41,891 nt of DNA from Terracidiphilus sp. (GCA_050018295.1 JBEKAJ010000001.1:1-41891); one strand, 5' to 3'. Positions 8,949 to 18,960 are shown, numbered from the stretch's first letter. A program made the numbers and translations. Notes: generated from the sequence alone by a model not told the origin.

Positions 8949-10415
8949 ATGCACTCCACTCATCCCGTCCAATTCAATCTTGTGGCTGCAGCACACGCCT
9001 CCATGATCGAGCACGGTTTTCAGCCCGATTTTCCTCCCGGGACCGACACCGAACTCGCCGCCATCAAGGCGCAGCCCGCCGCTCCACCAGCCGACGGCCT
9101 CACGGATCTGCGCGGCCTGCTCTGGTCCTCCATCGACAACGACACCTCGAAAGACCTCGACCAGATTGAGTGGGCCGAGCAGTTGCCAGACGGCCGCATT
9201 CGGGTGCTCGTTGGCGTGGCCGACGTGGACGCGCGCGTCCCGCGGGGCACGGTGATCGACAAGCATGCGCAGTTCGAGACGACCTCGGTCTACACCGGCG
9301 TAACCGTCTTTCCCATGCTGCCCACGGAGCTCTCTGAGGGGATCACCTCGTTGAATGAAAACCAGGACCGCGTGGCTGTAGTGATTGAATTCGCTGTCGA
9401 CTCCGCCGGAACGGCCTCCGATGGCAAAGCGTACCGTGCGCTGGTGCGCAACCGCGCGCAACTGGCTTACCCCAGCGTGGGCGCGTGGCTCGAGAGCAAA
9501 GGCGCGCCGCCGGCAAAGGTGGCCGCCAGCTCCGATCTGGCCGCGCAGCTCAAGCTGCAGGATACGGCCGCCCAGCGCATGGAGGGTGGCCGCTTTCAGC
9601 ATGGCGCGCTCGATCTTGAGACCATCGAGACGCACCCGGTGACGCTCGGAGATCAGATCGTTGACATCGCCCGCCTCGAAAAAAGTCGCGCCACGTCGCT
9701 CATTGAAGAGTTCATGGTGGCGGCCAACGGCGTCATTGCGCGCAGCTTTGAGGACGCGGGCGTGGCCTCCATTCGCCGTATCGTGCGCGTCCCCAAGCGC
9801 TGGGACCGCATCGTGGAACTGGCCGCGCAAAAGGGCACAACGTTGCCCGCCGATCCTGACTCCAAGGCCCTCAACGACTTTCTCCTCGCGCAAAAGCAGA
9901 AGGATCCTGACCACTTTCCCGATCTCTCGCTGGCCGTGGTCAAGCTCATGGGGCCCGGCGAGTATGTTCTGGTCAAGCCCAACGCGCCTTCGCCCGGCCA
10001 CTTCGGTCTCGCCGTCCAGGACTATACCCACTCCACAGCGCCCAATCGACGTTTCCCCGACGTCGTCACGCAGCGGCTCCTCAAGGCGCAACTCGCTCAC
10101 TCCGCGCCGCCCTACTCTGAAGACGGCCTCAACGCCATCGCGCAACGATGCACTGAGATGGAGGACGCCGCCCGCAAGGTCGAGCGCGAGATGCAAAAGC
10201 GCATCGCAGCCGTGGTTCTGCACCCGCGCATCGGGCAGACCTTCCAGGCCATCGTCACCGGCGCCACCGACCATGGAACCTTCGTGCGCACGCTCGATCC
10301 GCACGTTGAAGGCATGCTGGTTCGCGGCGGCAAGGGCCTCGACGTCGGCGACCGAGTCAGTGTCAAGCTGATCTCCACCGATCCCCAGCGCGGATATATC
10401 GATTTCGAGGCTTAA
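8949..10415 (+). CDS. RNB-domain (RNase II/R family) ribonuclease with C-terminal S1 domain
   Basis: SIDNDTSKDLDQ metal motif, LIEEFMVAAN, HFGLA..YTHSTAPNRRFPD, C-terminal S1-like region; no N-terminal cold-shock domains; AGGAG RBS before ATG 8949. Confidence 0.9.
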   Translation: MHSTHPVQFNLVAAAHASMIEHGFQPDFPPGTDTELAAIKAQPAAPPADGLTDLRGLLWSSIDNDTSKDLDQIEWAEQLPDGRIRVLVGVADVDARVPRGTVIDKHAQFETTSVYTGVTVFPMLPTELSEGITSLNENQDRVAVVIEFAVDSAGTASDGKAYRALVRNRAQLAYPSVGAWLESKGAPPAKVAASSDLAAQLKLQDTAAQRMEGGRFQHGALDLETIETHPVTLGDQIVDIARLEKSRATSLIEEFMVAANGVIARSFEDAGVASIRRIVRVPKRWDRIVELAAQKGTTLPADPDSKALNDFLLAQKQKDPDHFPDLSLAVVKLMGPGEYVLVKPNAPSPGHFGLAVQDYTHSTAPNRRFPDVVTQRLLKAQLAHSAPPYSEDGLNAIAQRCTEMEDAARKVEREMQKRIAAVVLHPRIGQTFQAIVTGATDHGTFVRTLDPHVEGMLVRGGKGLDVGDRVSVKLISTDPQRGYIDFEA

Positions 10416-10733
10416 CCCCTCAATAATTCAGGAATCTGGATTAATAACCGGCAAATTGACACTTTTCCGGGCGTTTCTACGCGTTCCGGGGTGCCGGGGA
10501 TGGGATATTTCTGTGTCTTGCAGGTGCGCAAATGCGTCTAATTGAAAGAAACTGTCGATAATCAAACAGGCGGCTTACTGCCTTTGAATCAGCGCTTCGG
10601 CAGACAAGGGTGCTGCGCCAGAAGAGGGCGCTGCGGCAGTAGAGAACGATCCGAGCGGTGTATCCCCCGAACCGATTTGCCTTTTCGGCAGTTCGCGCCG
10701 GCGGAAGCGCCGACTCTCAATAAAGGTGAATGA

Positions 10734-11783
10734 ATGCATTCAGGTTTCGTCGGAGCCGCTGTGCGACTCGTTTTTGGGGTGGCCTTTCTCGGTTTATCGT
10801 GCTGTCTGCTTGCGCAGGAAGCGAGTCCAACCGCGCCCGCAACAGCCTCTGTTCCGCCATCCGCAATTCCTGACGCCCCCACTCCGCAAATCGAGCTAGC
10901 CGCCGCAGTTGATCCGCAATCCGGGCAAACGCAAAGCACGCAGCAACCCGCCGCGGGATCGGCCGATACACCCAGCAGCTCCACCACCGCTCCGCCAGAC
11001 AGCTCCTCGCAAAGCAGCTCCGGCTCTCAGCAGAATGGCTCCAACCCGCAAACCTCCACGCCACCTCCCGCCTCGCAGCAGAGCCAGCACGACAAAGCCG
11101 CCGAGCAAATCAAAGAGCAGGAAAAGCAGCGCATGGTCGGCATTGTGCCGTCCTTCAACGTCACCTATCGCAGCGACGCCGCATCCATGAGCGCAAGCCA
11201 AAAAATCGGGCTCGCCTTCCGTTCTGCCATCGATCCATATACCTTTGGGATCGCATTTGTCGTCGCGGGTTTTTCTGAAGCGCAGGACGAAGGCACGGGA
11301 TTCGGCTGGGGCCCGGAAGGCTACTTCAAGCGCTCAGGCGCGGCCTATCTCGACGCCTTCGATGGCGCGATGATCGGCAACGGATTCCTGCCCGCTCTCC
11401 TGCACCAGGATCCGCGCTACTTTCGTCTGGGGCACGGCAGCTTTCACCACCGGCTCTTCTATGCCATCGCCACCAGCTACATCTGCAAGCACGACAACAC
11501 CGGAAAATGGGAGCCCAACTACTCCAACGTTGGCGGCAACATCATCGCCGGCGCCATCTCCAATCTCTATTACCCATCGCAAACAGCAGGCTTGGGCCAA
11601 ACCATTGACAATGGCTTGATCGTCACTACCGAAGGTACCTTTGGCGGCGTCCTCCAGGAGTTCTGGCCCGACATCTCCCGAAAGCTCTTCCATAAAGACC
11701 CCACCCATGGCCTCGATGCGCAGGCGCGCGCCATGGACGCCGCTGCAAAGCAGAAAAAGCAGCAGGAGCAGAACCCGAAATAG
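10734..11783 (+). CDS. Secreted or membrane-associated hypothetical protein with low-complexity N-terminal linker
   Basis: Signal peptide; S/Q/P/T-rich linker; conserved core QR-VGIVPSF...HQDPRYFRLG...ISNLYYP...EFWPDI. Confidence 0.75.
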   Translation: MHSGFVGAAVRLVFGVAFLGLSCCLLAQEASPTAPATASVPPSAIPDAPTPQIELAAAVDPQSGQTQSTQQPAAGSADTPSSSTTAPPDSSSQSSSGSQQNGSNPQTSTPPPASQQSQHDKAAEQIKEQEKQRMVGIVPSFNVTYRSDAASMSASQKIGLAFRSAIDPYTFGIAFVVAGFSEAQDEGTGFGWGPEGYFKRSGAAYLDAFDGAMIGNGFLPALLHQDPRYFRLGHGSFHHRLFYAIATSYICKHDNTGKWEPNYSNVGGNIIAGAISNLYYPSQTAGLGQTIDNGLIVTTEGTFGGVLQEFWPDISRKLFHKDPTHGLDAQARAMDAAAKQKKQQEQNPK

Positions 11784-11969
11784 CCGCTCAGCCAATTTGG
11801 CTTCGAATTACTGTCCGTGAAAAGAGCACCTATAGCCGATTTCCAATACGAAGGGGGACCTCTGTTGATGAGTGGCCCATCTCCTGAAATCCAAGCTCTC
11901 CTTCCGCCTCTCGTGCTCGTCAGAATGGAGATGAAACATAGCACTTGTCTTTTTCATGAGATCCTCCCC

Positions 11970-12860
11970 ATGTCTTTGATATTTCGCTCTCGGAAATTAA
12001 TCTCCAGGCGCCTTTCGTCATTCGGGCTGTTTGTCGTTACAGTGATTGGCCTTAACACCGCCGCCATCCTGGCGGCTCAGCAGGCCGAATCCGGCAATCC
12101 TCGCGCAGTCGTCCTCGCAGCTTCGACGACCGCAGATCCGACACCGGATTCGGCCTCCCAGGCGACCGCCGCTCCGGCACAATCCTCCAGCACCAACGAG
12201 TCTGCACCGCAAACTAAGCCTGAACAGAGTGCGCAGGGAGATTTAAGTGGTCAGCAAACCAAGCGCATCCTCGGCATCATCCCCAACTTCCGCGCCGTCA
12301 GCGCCGACCAAAAGCTACCTCCGGAGACCGTCAAAGAAAAGTTCGTGGACGCCACTGAGGATTCGTTCGATTACTCCTCCATCTTCATCCCTGCCGCCAT
12401 CGCCGTCTACGACATGGGTGAGAACGCAACTCCCCAGTTCCATCAGGGCGCGGCTGGATATGCTCGCTACTTCTGGCATTCGGCAGTCGACCAGACCAGC
12501 GAGAATTACATGGTCGAGTTCATTTTTCCCACCCTCACCCACGAAGACTCGCGCTACTACACCCTCGGCCATGGCGGATTCGTTAAACGCACGGGCTATG
12601 CCCTTTCCCGTGCCGTCATCACCCGCGCAAACTCTGGAGCCGAAGTCTTCAATGTGAGCGAAGTTTTCGGTGCCGGCGTCGCCTCGGGCATTTCGAATCT
12701 CTATTATCCTTCCGCCTCACGCTCCGTTGGAAACACAGTATCCGAGTGGGCAGAGGACGTCGGGATCGACGCAGCTTCCTTCTGGTTCAAGGAATTCTGG
12801 CCCGACATCAACCGCCGTCTCTTCCACAACAAGTACGCCGAACCTCCCGCGCAGAACTAG
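11970..12860 (+). CDS. Paralog of the upstream secreted hypothetical protein
   Basis: Same core (KRILGIIPNF...HEDSRYYTLG...ISNLYYP...EFWPDI). Start uncertain; 11970 chosen to precede the hydrophobic signal. Confidence 0.75.
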   Translation: MSLIFRSRKLISRRLSSFGLFVVTVIGLNTAAILAAQQAESGNPRAVVLAASTTADPTPDSASQATAAPAQSSSTNESAPQTKPEQSAQGDLSGQQTKRILGIIPNFRAVSADQKLPPETVKEKFVDATEDSFDYSSIFIPAAIAVYDMGENATPQFHQGAAGYARYFWHSAVDQTSENYMVEFIFPTLTHEDSRYYTLGHGGFVKRTGYALSRAVITRANSGAEVFNVSEVFGAGVASGISNLYYPSASRSVGNTVSEWAEDVGIDAASFWFKEFWPDINRRLFHNKYAEPPAQN

Positions 12861-12974
12861 CCCCTCGGCAAGAAGCCGGCGAAAAGAATATCCTCGGCCG
12901 TTCATCGCACTCCGGTGCAACTCAGTGTTCTCACTCCTGCGGTATCATTCCTGCATCTCGAAAGCGCGGGCCAC

Positions 12975-13087
12975 AGCGGTTCCACGATTGCTATACCCAG
13001 GTCCGCAACCGCCGAGTGGCTTTTTCATCAAGGAAAAGCCACCCTGCAAGACGCCGGAAGGGGTACGTGAATTGTGGAACCGCTCTA
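12975..13087. repeat. Long imperfect inverted repeat, MITE-like or structured leader
   Basis: AGCGGTTCCACGATT (12975-12989) pairs with AATTGTGGAACCGCT (13070-13084); inner stem GTGGCTTTT (13016-13024)/AAAAGCCAC (13034-13042). Confidence 0.5.
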
Positions 13088-13136
13088 ATTTCAAGCCCAA
13101 TCTGCCGCTCCTGCGCCGGAGCGGGAAAGGCTCATC

Positions 13137-14051
13137 ATGGACAACTCCGCTGTCGTCGTCTTCGCTCTCATCGTTGCCGCAATCGTCGCCATCTTCGTGC
13201 TCGTCACGATCCTTAAAACTATGTACACGGTGCGCACCTACTCTGCCGGCGTGGTGGAGCGCTTCGGCAAGTTCAACCGCGTCGCGCGCCCCGGCTTGCA
13301 ATTCCTGCTGCCCTGGTGCGAAACCGTCCGTCTTATCGACCTGCAAGTGCGCCAGGCAGTAGTAAACGTCGAAACCAAAACCAAGGACAACGTCTTCGTC
13401 ACCATCCCCGTTTCTGTGCAGTACCAGGTGGTCGAGGCGAAGGTCTTTGACGCCTACTACAAGCTGAGCGATCCGCAGCGCCAGATCGAGAGCTACGTCT
13501 TCAACTCCATCCTCGGCCACGTGCCCACGCTCACCCTCGACGAAGCCTTCGAGCAGATGCAGCAGATCTCCGCCGCCGTCAAAAAAGACCTCGACGATGT
13601 GATGGATACCTTCGGCTATAACATTCTGCGCGCGCTGGTCACCGACATCGTTCCCGACGCCAAAGTGAAAGCCGCCATGAACGACATCAACGCCGCGCAA
13701 CGCGAGCAGATCGCTGCCCAGGCCCGCGGCGAAGCCGACAAAATTCTCAAGGTCAAGCAGGCCGAAGCGGAAGCGGAATCGAAGGCGCTGCAAGGCGAAG
13801 GCACGGCCCGCCAGCGTCAGGCGATTATCAAGGGCCTGCAGGCATCGGTGGAGGAGTTCAAAAGCGCAGTCGAAGGCTCGACCGCACGGGACATTATGGC
13901 CATGGTCCTGATGACCCAGTACTTCGACACCATGCGCGAAGTCGGCGTCGCAGGAAAGGCGAGCACGATCTTCCTGCCCAGCTCGCCCGGCACCGTCAAC
14001 GACCTCATGACGCAGATCCTCGCCGGCTTCCAGGGCGCAAAATCGTCCTGA
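13137..14051 (+). CDS. SPFH/band 7 domain membrane protein
   Basis: N-terminal TM; VVERFGKF...PGL, ETKTKDNVFV, coiled-coil AEAEAESKALQGEG. Confidence 0.9.
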   Translation: MDNSAVVVFALIVAAIVAIFVLVTILKTMYTVRTYSAGVVERFGKFNRVARPGLQFLLPWCETVRLIDLQVRQAVVNVETKTKDNVFVTIPVSVQYQVVEAKVFDAYYKLSDPQRQIESYVFNSILGHVPTLTLDEAFEQMQQISAAVKKDLDDVMDTFGYNILRALVTDIVPDAKVKAAMNDINAAQREQIAAQARGEADKILKVKQAEAEAESKALQGEGTARQRQAIIKGLQASVEEFKSAVEGSTARDIMAMVLMTQYFDTMREVGVAGKASTIFLPSSPGTVNDLMTQILAGFQGAKSS

Positions 14052-14062
14052 TTTGCGGGATT

Positions 14063-14419
14063 CTATTTTCTGGTCGAGGCCCGGCGCTTCTTGCCGGGCT
14101 TCCGATTCTTCTCCACGCGCAGCTTCCACGCCGAGTGCAATGCTCCGCGCAGCGAGTCCTCGTCCGCAACCGCAAGCCGGATGTGCGTCATGCCCATGCG
14201 TCCCCACCCACCGTGAATCGGCAGAAACAAATCGGGCCGCTCGCGAAGAAACTCAGCCTGGATCTCCGGCGTGAGCATCAGATTCCCATGGCCCTCTTTG
14301 ACTGAAGCCAGTGTTGCGAAGATGCGCCCGCCGACGCGGAAATCCACTGCGCCCATGTGCGAGCCTTCTTCCGCGCCTTCCAGGCTCAGCGCAATCCGCC
14401 GAAAATCCTTCGCGGTCAT
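14063..14419 (-). CDS. MmcQ/YjbR-family putative DNA-binding protein
   Basis: FRRIALSL.GAEEGSHM...DFRVGGRIFATL...GGWG..G.T pattern; 118 aa. Confidence 0.8.
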   Translation of the reverse strand: MTAKDFRRIALSLEGAEEGSHMGAVDFRVGGRIFATLASVKEGHGNLMLTPEIQAEFLRERPDLFLPIHGGWGRMGMTHIRLAVADEDSLRGALHSAWKLRVEKNRKPGKKRRASTRK

Positions 14420-14420
14420 A

Positions 14421-14457
14421 GTCCCTACGTCCCTATATCCCTAGTCCCTACGTCCCT
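14421..14457. repeat. Short tandem repeat (GTCCCTAC-like, about 5 units)
   Basis: gtccctac gtccctat atcccta gtccctac gtccct; overlaps the peptidase stop and supplies AGGGA upstream of the next gene. Confidence 0.7.
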
Positions 14458-16454
14458 GCTTCGACAAACTCTTCATTCAACCACTCGCTGAACGCCGCAA
14501 ACTCCTCGTCGCGGCCCAGAAAGTCGCGCACCATTTCTCTTCCTGGCTTTGACCCGCCCTGCTCGAGAACTGCCTTGCGATAGCGCGTACCGGCCTCGCA
14601 CCCAAGCAAATCCTCGGGATCGAACTGGCCAAAGAAATCCAGAGCAATCACTTTATCGAACGCATACGTGTAGTAATTCGACGAGTAGCCGGTCAAATGT
14701 CCGAAGCTCGCATACATGCGGTTTCCTTCGAGCCAGGTCCACGGCTGGAATTGCTTGTACAGCTCGCGCGTGACCACGTCGGGATCAATCCCCACGGGAT
14801 CCTCGTCGTGCAGGTTGAGCGAGAGCGTCGTGTAGTAGAGCTGCGTCCTGATCCAGTCCGCGCGCCCGAATGCGCCCGCCAGCTTCATCGTCCGGATCAG
14901 CTCTGCCGGCAGTACCTCATCCGTCTCGTAGTGCCGCGCGAACGCCTGCAGCAGCTTCTCGTCACGGAAGAATTCCTCGAGCATCTGCGACGGCACCTCG
15001 ATAAAGTCGCCCTCCGTCGCAAACCCGGAAAGCCCCGCCCACTCGGTGTGCCCGCCGAGAATCGCGTGCATCAGGTGGCCGAACTCGTGGAAAAACGTGA
15101 CGACATCGGAGTATTGCAGCAGACCCGGATCATTCGCGTCGCCGGCGGGGAAGTTGCAGATCAGCGCCGCCTCAGGCATCGTGCGTCCGCGCACGCCAGT
15201 CACCACCGGCGCAGCAGAAAACCATTTGTCCTTGCCCTCGCGCGGATGCATGTCGAGATAGAATCGCCCCACCAGCCGCCCGCCGTCGAAAACCTCGAAG
15301 ACTGAAACCGCCGCATCCCACGCCGGCGCATTCGTTGGCCGGAACTCCACCTTGAAAAGTTTTGCCGCCGTCTTCAGCACGCCGGCCTCGACCCGCGCAT
15401 AAGGAAAATACGGCCGCACCGACTGCGAATCAAAATCGAACTTCGCACGCCGGAACTGTTCGTACCAATACCCGCGGCTCGTAATATCAATCGCACTCAG
15501 GCCCGGCTGCCGCCCGCGCGCAAATTCGAGCACCAGCGCGTGCTCGTGCTTCGCGCCGTCGCGGCTGGCCTCGTCCAGCTTCGCCAAAAACGCGCGCACA
15601 TTCGCCGCCGATTCCATCATCTGGTCGGCCGTCGCCAGGTCGGCCCAGCTCCTGAATCCGAGAATCGACGCAATCTCCTGCCGCGTCGCCAAAAGATCGA
15701 GCAGAATCTGCCGGTTCGCTGGATAAGCGCGTGTGTTGTAGGCCAGAAATATGCGCTCCCTTAGCGCCGCGCTCCCGGCAAAGGTCATCACCGGCATCAT
15801 GTCCGGCGGATCGGTCGTCAGCGTCACGCGCTCTTGGCCGCTCACGTCTTTCTCAGCCGGATGCCGTGCGATGTAGTCGGCGGGCAGTCCTTCCAGCTCC
15901 TCCGGTGTCGCCTCAATCGTCTTCGCGCCCTCCTGAATGTTGCGGCTGAACTCGAGCGACAGGCCAGTGGCTTTGTCGTGCAGCGCGTGCAGGCGGTCAC
16001 GCGTGGCCTGGTCCTTGTCGACGCCGGACAAGCGGTAGCCGAGCAGCGTCCGCTCCACATAGTGCTTCGTCGCCGGGCTCGCGCCGTCCAGCTTGATCGC
16101 CACAAGCGCGTCATAGACCTCGCGGTTCAGGCTCAGCGCGCTCCCTGCCATCGCCACACGCTGCGCCTCCATCTGTGCCTGGTCGCGCACACCCTTGTCG
16201 GCAGCCACGGAATTCAGAATCCCCGCCTGCGCTCCGGCCAGGCTCAGATGCGCGATTGCCTTGTCGTAGAGCAGCAGCGAATTTTCGGGCGTGCGCTCGC
16301 TCTTCACGGCCAGCAGCTCGGCCAATGAACTCTCATGAGCAGCCAGCCGCGCGCTCACCCATGCGGTCAGCGCCTCGGCCGACGCGGCGCCGCCAACCTC
16401 CCACACATGAATCGCTTCTCCGGCCGCCGCGCCTGCAGAAATATCCATTGCCAT
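14448..16454 (-). CDS. M3-family metallopeptidase (thimet oligopeptidase-like)
   Basis: FYLDMHPREGK, zinc motif FHEFGHLMH, DFIEVPSQMLE, FGHL.GYSSNYY; GGAGG RBS before ATG 16454. Confidence 0.92.
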   Translation of the reverse strand: MAMDISAGAAAGEAIHVWEVGGAASAEALTAWVSARLAAHESSLAELLAVKSERTPENSLLLYDKAIAHLSLAGAQAGILNSVAADKGVRDQAQMEAQRVAMAGSALSLNREVYDALVAIKLDGASPATKHYVERTLLGYRLSGVDKDQATRDRLHALHDKATGLSLEFSRNIQEGAKTIEATPEELEGLPADYIARHPAEKDVSGQERVTLTTDPPDMMPVMTFAGSAALRERIFLAYNTRAYPANRQILLDLLATRQEIASILGFRSWADLATADQMMESAANVRAFLAKLDEASRDGAKHEHALVLEFARGRQPGLSAIDITSRGYWYEQFRRAKFDFDSQSVRPYFPYARVEAGVLKTAAKLFKVEFRPTNAPAWDAAVSVFEVFDGGRLVGRFYLDMHPREGKDKWFSAAPVVTGVRGRTMPEAALICNFPAGDANDPGLLQYSDVVTFFHEFGHLMHAILGGHTEWAGLSGFATEGDFIEVPSQMLEEFFRDEKLLQAFARHYETDEVLPAELIRTMKLAGAFGRADWIRTQLYYTTLSLNLHDEDPVGIDPDVVTRELYKQFQPWTWLEGNRMYASFGHLTGYSSNYYTYAFDKVIALDFFGQFDPEDLLGCEAGTRYRKAVLEQGGSKPGREMVRDFLGRDEEFAAFSEWLNEEFVEAGT

Positions 16455-16563
16455 CTTCGGGGAATCCTCCAAACCACTAGACTAACAAGGCGCCTTAGAG
16501 CTGCCGCGACAAGCGACGCACGAGATCGACAACCTGCGCCACGAACTTAAGGGGCAAAGCGGT

Positions 16564-16643
16564 TTTGTATCAGGGCATGACTTGCCGGGGTGGCGTCAGT
16601 CATGCCGTAAACGACGGAGAACGAACCTGGGCTTTAGCCCCTG
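16564..16643. repeat. Second REP-like family (bipartite palindrome)
   Basis: TTGTATCAG-GGCATGACT...AGTCATGCC (16574-16606), then GGGCTTTAGCCC-CTG (16629-16643). Confidence 0.55.
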
Positions 16644-16687
16644 CGGGATTCTCTGCCGCCCAGAATGGGCCTTGTTGTGAGCTTCCC

Positions 16688-17362
16688 TTAAGTCAATTTG
16701 CGCGCCGCATACGCGTCGAGCCGCTTCTTATAAAGCAGCAGAACGCTCGGGCCAAACGATAACAGCATCACCGCGATCCCCGTCACGATGCCGAAGCTCG
16801 TTGCAATGGGCGCCGAGCAATCGCCCCTTCGCCGCACCCAAACGTGGCACGGTACCGCAATCAAAAGTTCCAGCACGCTGCCTTTTAGGAGCCACGACAC
16901 GGCACGTGCAGTCACCTGGCTCGATTTGCGGAAATCCAGATAGAAGACAACTCCCCACAAGACCCACAAGGCGGCCCACACGCCAAGAACGTTCGCTTCG
17001 GTGGCCAGAAAAACGTCTCCAAACTTATCGCCACGAACTGCTAATCCCACGCTGTAAAAAGCCGCGAACGCAAGAAGAGCAAACAGCATTGATGTCACGG
17101 TCACTGAGACCGCAATATGCGCCCGGGGCTTCAGCTTCTTGAAGGAGGTGTCGACAGAGAGGAAAAGCAGAATCGCCTGGCCGGCTATGACGGCCACAAT
17201 CGGCACCCACGCAAGCCACTCCCCAAACACGGCAAATATGTCCCTCGAAAAGACCAGCCGGAGCGGACTTTGGTCTCCGGCAAGGATCATTCCAAACGGC
17301 ACGAGAAGGCCGAAGACGATCACGGCATAGAACAAACTGACGACGATGCCCCACTTGCGCAT
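16688..17362 (-). CDS. Multi-pass inner-membrane hypothetical protein
   Basis: About six hydrophobic segments; VPCHVWVRRRGDCSAP loop; GAAAGGA RBS before ATG 17362. Confidence 0.75.
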   Translation of the reverse strand: MRKWGIVVSLFYAVIVFGLLVPFGMILAGDQSPLRLVFSRDIFAVFGEWLAWVPIVAVIAGQAILLFLSVDTSFKKLKPRAHIAVSVTVTSMLFALLAFAAFYSVGLAVRGDKFGDVFLATEANVLGVWAALWVLWGVVFYLDFRKSSQVTARAVSWLLKGSVLELLIAVPCHVWVRRRGDCSAPIATSFGIVTGIAVMLLSFGPSVLLLYKKRLDAYAARKLT

Positions 17363-17461
17363 GGCACGTCCTTTCCGCATTTCGCATCCCATTATCCGGC
17401 AATAGGGAAATTGGAGCGCTTCTTTTTATCTTCAAAGATGCCTGAAGATGCCTGCGGCGCT

Positions 17462-18184
17462 CTATTTCGCCGCGCCGTCCACCACCGGCGGCATCTTCAA
17501 AAACTCCTCCGGCTTTAGCGCTCGCGGCGTGAACCGCGCCCCGAAAACCGCGCCCTTGAAGTAGTCTCGCTGGTTAATCCGCGTTCCAATCGACGAGTGC
17601 CCCGGTCCCTGCGGCGCCATATGCAGTTCGCCTTCGCCCTGCATCTCATCGCCCACGTAATTGCGCAGCATCTTGCCGTCGTACACCGCAGTCACCCGGC
17701 ACCGCCGCCCCAGCGGATGCAGATCGTTGCAGTTCAGCAGCGTGCGCTGCGAGCCGTTCGTGTTGGCAAAGCTGTCGAGGCACCACTCGCCCTTTACAAT
17801 GCGAATTTCGAAGAGCATGCGGTTGTCGGTGTCCTTGCCCGTCGCCGGATCGATCTCCGAAAGATGAAAAAATCGCTGCGCCTCGGCGCCATCTGCATCC
17901 GGCCGGAAGATCACCTCCCATGTGTAGGTGTTCGCTCCTGCAAGCGGATGCACGTCCACGAACAGCGCATCATCCACGCCATTGAACTCGACCGCCTTGC
18001 CAAACGGCGAGTCGATCAGGTGTGGATGTCCAAGTACATGCGTAGGATGGCCGCCGATCGAATCGATGTTGTCAAACTGCCATACGGTCGTCTGCGATTC
18101 GGCCGGTGCTTGCGCAAACGCCGCCGGCGCCAACGTCAACGCGCCCGTCACGATCAAGACCGAACGCATCCAATTCGTTCTCAT
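17462..18184 (-). CDS. Secreted LamG/concanavalin A-like jelly-roll domain protein
   Basis: Signal peptide (AFA-Q); GKAVEFNG, VTAVYDG, SIG...FKG...RAL LamG-like motifs. Confidence 0.75.
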   Translation of the reverse strand: MRTNWMRSVLIVTGALTLAPAAFAQAPAESQTTVWQFDNIDSIGGHPTHVLGHPHLIDSPFGKAVEFNGVDDALFVDVHPLAGANTYTWEVIFRPDADGAEAQRFFHLSEIDPATGKDTDNRMLFEIRIVKGEWCLDSFANTNGSQRTLLNCNDLHPLGRRCRVTAVYDGKMLRNYVGDEMQGEGELHMAPQGPGHSSIGTRINQRDYFKGAVFGARFTPRALKPEEFLKMPPVVDGAAK

Positions 18185-18201
18185 ACACCGATCCTCTCCA
18201 G

Positions 18202-18235
18202 GCTAACTTGCTAACTCGCTGACCTGCTCACTCGC
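18202..18235. repeat. 8-bp tandem repeat (GCTrACyy)
   Basis: gctaactt gctaactc gctgacct gctcactc. Confidence 0.6.
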
Positions 18236-18293
18236 GTCTCTTCTCACCGCAGCTCGTTCGGCTTCTCCGGCGCGGGCAGCGCGCCGCGCTTCA

Positions 18294-18689
18294 TCAGCGC
18301 TGATACTGCTCGTCAGTCACCTGTTCCATCCAGTCGACGACCTTTCCGTCGAGCTTTTCCTGGATGGCAATGTGCGTCATGGCCGTGGTTGGGCTCGCCC
18401 CGTGCCAGTGCTTCTCGCCCGGTGAAAACCAAACCACATCACCGGGGTAAATCTCTTCGATCGCACCACCCCAACGCTGCGCACGGCCGCAGCCCGAAGT
18501 GACGATCAGAGTCTGGCCGAGCGGATGCGTGTGCCACGCAGTTCGCGCGCCCGGCTCGAAAGTCACGCTCGCGCCTTGCACAAAGGCCGGCTCCGGTGCC
18601 TGAAAGAGTGGATCGATCCGCACCGTGCCGGTGAACCAATCTGCCGGTCCCTTGCCTGATGGCTGGCTGCCGCTCCTTTTGATCTCCAT
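18294..18689 (-). CDS. Cupin domain protein
   Basis: [18 protein letters not shown] and [16 protein letters not shown] cupin motifs. Confidence 0.9.
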   Translation of the reverse strand: MEIKRSGSQPSGKGPADWFTGTVRIDPLFQAPEPAFVQGASVTFEPGARTAWHTHPLGQTLIVTSGCGRAQRWGGAIEEIYPGDVVWFSPGEKHWHGASPTTAMTHIAIQEKLDGKVVDWMEQVTDEQYQR

Positions 18690-18931
18690 CTTCTATTTCC
18701 CTCCAGTGGTCCTGATCGTTCACGTTCCCAGGTCGTCTAATTGCTTTGCTAACCTTGGTCCGCCTTCTCCATCGTATGCAACTTCCGCGACCCACAGCGT
18801 TCCCCGCTTTCCGCCGATCAATCCAACCCCAGCCCACCGACGACCCATGAAATCACCTCCGGCACCTCCGCCCCACCCTCAAACCGCCCGGATTCTGCAC
18901 CGAAATACCCCCTCAATCTGCACATTATCGG

Positions 18932-18960
18932 TTGCATTAGCATCGAAACCCCTTTAATAT
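18932..18960 (+). promoter_or_regulatory. Sigma-70-type promoter of aroD-aroE
   Basis: TTGCAT-N17-TAATAT. Confidence 0.5.
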
